DNA of 64,000 nucleotides from Pocillopora damicornis (Eukaryota): NCBI RefSeq assembly GCF_003704095.1, contig NW_020845647.1, positions 682,001 to 746,000 of the forward strand, read 5' to 3'. Shown piece by piece: positions 60,413 to 64,000 of this stretch (position 1 is its first letter; each line of letters starts with the position of its first letter). The notes under the pieces were generated by a model. It saw only the letters and a program-made list of their open reading frames with translations, ran no database searches and was not told where the DNA came from. The position numbers and the translations under genes were made by a program.

Positions 60413-62937
60413 ATGTTTTTGTCCCGTTTTTGGGTTTTTGTTTCAATGATTCTAATTGCCACCTGTTGTTCGCGCATCGATGGTTTTTGGTTCTTCTCTT
60501 GTCCCCATGGTAACGGTCTTGGACACGCCGGTGATGTTTGCTCAGCTTTCTGTCGTTGCCATCCTTCAAACACTTGCGAGGCGGGAATACAGAAATGTGC
60601 ACCACCTGGAAGGTACAGAGACCGCTGTCATGCGACGAGACCGTGTGCGACTGGGCTCAGTTGTCATCCGGGAGTTCAGAAATGCTTCCACGTGCCTCGT
60701 CGTCATGGTGAACCGTGTGTAATGGGTTATGCATGTGGCAGCGGGCTTTCTTGTGAGCCAGGAGTTCAGGTTGGTTAAACCAAACAGTACCTTACTACAA
60801 GGTAGAACTGGCAGGTTCAATTCTTTCAATTTGAATCTAATTTATGAGATGAAATAATTTTTCAGGCCTGTTTTCACCATCCTCGCCAATACGAGGAGCC
60901 TTGTTCTGCGGGATATCCCTGTGCCCCGGGACTCAGCTGCCAACCAGGTTATCAGAGATGCTTGCATCACCCGAGGCTGGAAAATGAGAGATGTTCAGCA
61001 GGATACACATGCGCTGATGGTCTGGACTGTAGACTGTGTGACAAGCCATATGCTACTTGTCAGCTGTCACGCGTACCCTCTTTGACAGAGCAGGTACTGG
61101 GTATTCATATACAGAATTAAACTTATATGATTTGCATAACAATCATATGTTTGAAAAAAGTACATCGATGATAAGGTAATGAGCTTCAAGGCAGCTGGTT
61201 TTCGAGAATTTGAATTACAAAGAGAAATCGTAAAGACTGGACCAAGGAAAATATTACATAGATCCAAAATATGTATTCATCGATTGCACGTGTTCCCTAG
61301 GACTATGACAGACCCTTTAACAAAGTGGCATTCCTTGTTACCCATAACTCCTTTTCGCATTCTCCAAATTTTGCTGTATGGGCACGCAATCAACGTTTTA
61401 GCGTCAGTCAGCAGTTAAAGGATGGTGTGCGTGGTTTCATGTTAGACATATATCCAGGTAAAATCACCTCACACCTTGTTTTGTTTTTCTTCTTTGATGT
61501 TTTCTTTGTTAGACACATAGAGAAAAGAACGATGAGGTAGCTAAGACAATCACAGACACGGGAAAATATCCCGTAAAATCTAAGCTCGAGTGTTCTTGTT
61601 GTTCTTCTTCGTTACTTTCCTCTTTAGGGTGGGGCGCGGCGGAGGTTCGTCTTTGCCACTCGTCTTGTTTCTGGAGTGGTTCAACAGACTTGTTAAGCAC
61701 ACTGATTGAAATCAGAAAATTCCTGGAGAGTGACATTCGAGTGGTCATTACAATTATCTTTGAGGATTACTTAAAAAACCCCACGATCTTGAAAAACGTT
61801 TTTGACCAGGCAGGAATTTCTCCGTACGTGCTACTGAAGGACAATTGGGGTGACGGGTTCACCGATTGGCCCACTCTAAACGACATGCGCAGACTAGGTA
61901 GACTGGTTGTGTTCAACAATAATGGCCTTCACGGATTCCCTTATACTGAGTTCAACATGTGGAGATATGTTAGAGAGAACCGTTATGGAACCCCAAGTAG
62001 AAAAAAGAGGGTATGTTCTCGCGTGAAAGTTTTATACCAAACTAACAATTCACTAAATATACAAGGGAAAAATTTGTACACGAGTCAAATGGCCCACCCA
62101 GGCGGAGTTTACCCCGGTTTCAATAGCAAGAAGCGACTCAGAGTATTAGCACTCTTTCCTGGACGGGATGTTAGTTCATTGCAAGGTTACCCCCCAGCAT
62201 TTCATCAAGTTTCCCGGACAATTTGCCGGTACCCATTTATACTCCTGGGTAAAGAGAGGTACTGTGAGACCCGGACCTCTGGACAATGAACCATCATAGG
62301 GTTTAGGGTTAGGGTTACCCGGAGTCAGTAGTGCACTAGGGCCACCGTGTCTCCCACCCCTAGCGAAGATACAAATTTCTCTTAAAATGTACAGTTACTG
62401 TAGACAGTGGACTCCTAAGTTCTGCTTGACACCTCTTGACTGTTGGAAGGTTTGGTAATTTGGTCCCTTTTTTTAGTAACCTTTTGTCTCTTTCGTCTTA
62501 CTCGTTGTCACAATGGGTTTGTAAGTTAAGCACAACAAATGAAATCTTTTCTATTTCAACGTGCCATAAAATCTCGTGCAGGAAATTGTGTTTCGGCTGA
62601 ACTTTCTCAGATCTTAATTTCTCTTTTTCGAAGACCTCGTTTTTCGCTGATCTCTGTTTGCTCCTTAAAGGAATGTGTAGACCGCGGAGAGTCTCGGTGG
62701 AACGCTGACTGGAATGACCACTGGAGCCTGGTGTTGGTAAATTGGTTTAATACCCTGGCCAATCCTCTTCAGCCATGTCTTAATTCTTTCGAGGAGATAA
62801 GAGAGAAGTTAAACACTTGCCATGACAAATTTGGTTATTGGGCAAATTTTATAGCGGTCAATTATTACACTGCAGGCTCAGGAGGCGGAGCTTTTCAAGC
62901 TGTCAAATGGCTGAATAATAAGTTCAAGGGTAAGTGA
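60413..62937 (+). CDS. Secreted PI-PLC X-domain protein (At5g67130-like) with N-terminal tandem Cys-rich repeats, about 463 aa, 5 exons
   Basis: Exons 60413-60769, 60866-61093, 61301-61457, 61628-62010, 62671-62937. Hydrophobic signal peptide. Motifs PFNKVAFLVTHNSF, NQ..QQLKDGVRGFMLD, LCH, ITIIFEDY, DWPTL, RLVVF, WRYVRENRYG and NFIAVNYY..GGG. Confidence 0.88.
62085..62358 (-). mobile_element. tRNA-derived SINE containing a short telomere-like insert
   Basis: Body ggtacccatttatactcctggg..agagagg..ctgtgaga; tRNA-like head at the right end (ggccaccgtgtctccc); tagggtttagggttagggtta at 62297-62316. Confidence 0.6.
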
Positions 62938-63445
62938 AGGTCTGGGGTAATTGTTAATTGGGTATCGTGCTATTTATTTTGATGACATAAAAAGTATGGG
63001 AGGTTCAAATTTATTTAAGGTTTTCATATTCACCTTCAACAGCTACCCTTGGGTCTGGAGCTGAAGTCGTGCCGATGCCTGCTAATCGCTAGCGTAGGTG
63101 AAATCATTTCAGTTGAAATACTCTTGTCGCTGTGACAGGTTTCCGAGACCCTCCTTTTTCCTTTGCCAGATAAATTACTAAAAGATTTCGTCTCCACTAA
63201 GTCTAACAAGCCTCTCTATCGAGCACTGTTAAAAAAAAATGATAAAAGTTTAAAAAACATTTCCTTATTTTCTTGACACGCCTGTTAGAAATTTGCTTTT
63301 ATTTCTTGATCGATAATCTTAGATGAGATGATTTGACCTTCCCTTGTAACAATTTTACCTAACGCCTGGTTTGATTTTACCCATAAGCCATGAAAGCGCG
63401 CTCTGAAATTTGAAATCGTTCGTCTTCCTTTATGTCTGTATTTAG

Positions 63446-64000
63446 GGGAAACTTCAGTCTCAAAGATAAGAAAAGCATCACTTATTCCATTCCCTGACAT
63501 GGTCACTCATTGGGATACAGCTAATCAACAGCGTCAGACGAATCCCATTCCAAGGCAAGACGTGATCGACGGACCAGGGTATGGTAAAGGGTTTCACACC
63601 CTGTCAGATGTTCTTTCTCATATACTGAAACACCGTCTCTTTAAATGGGGAGAAAGAAAGAACACAACTAAAATCATCAGCACTGCTTCAGCAACAAATA
63701 TCACGGCTTCAAACGCTTATATGGCTTCACAAGGGAAGATTTCATCAAATGAAAAACATAGCCAAGATAGTAAGCTTGGGAAATCATCGACAATATTTCA
63801 AGATTTTGGAAGAAATGATACATTTTTGAAACGAAATGATCCTTTAAGAAACCATAGAATCCAAATTAACCACCATTTGAGAGAGACAACACAATGGAGA
63901 GTTTCCCGATCAAGGATTAAAGTTCACCGTCATAGAACTCGGAATAATTATTTGCCTTCGCTCTCTTCATTTAAACATGAAAAAAGGAAAAAACTAAAAT
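63446..64000 (+). CDS. Partial ORF/exon of an unknown protein, running off the window end
   Basis: Acceptor cttcctttatgtctgtatttag ends at 63445. The frame has no stop through 64000 (ATG at 63499, MVTHWDTANQ...). Contains N-x-T sequons. Absent from the ORF track, probably because it has no stop. Confidence 0.5.

Noticed and set aside
60501-60514. X-box-like GTCCCCATGGTAAC
   Set aside because: Lies in coding sequence and is explained by the CPHGN codons.

Overview
Gene-dense, AT-rich animal genomic DNA with GT-AG introns and four assembly gaps. The gene set and repeat families suggest a stony coral (inference, not established from the sequence alone). Splicing exons by hand gives these models: the RGG-rich C-terminus of an upstream gene; a candidate 43-aa myristoylated micropeptide; a fungal-type Cwc2 splicing factor with an extra WW domain; intronless BBS10; a 17-exon RUN-domain DEF8; an intronless GT31 beta-1,3-galactosyltransferase; CFAP90, whose diagnostic exons are missing from the ORF track; MPHOSPH6; TMEM64; METTL9; an intronless membrane-anchored GH13 alpha-glucosidase split by Gypsy retrotransposon fragments; an unknown coiled-coil protein; a secreted PI-PLC X-domain protein of the plant At5g67130 type with tandem Cys-rich repeats; and an ORF that runs off the window end. 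Eight of these genes form four head-to-head pairs. The non-coding DNA holds piggyBac-like TTAA MITEs, tRNA-derived SINEs, foldback elements (one with a TTAGGG loop), minisatellites and several minimal Penelope-type hammerhead ribozyme motifs. No CRISPR array, rRNA or intact tRNA was seen. All protein identifications rest on motifs recalled from known proteins, not on database searches.
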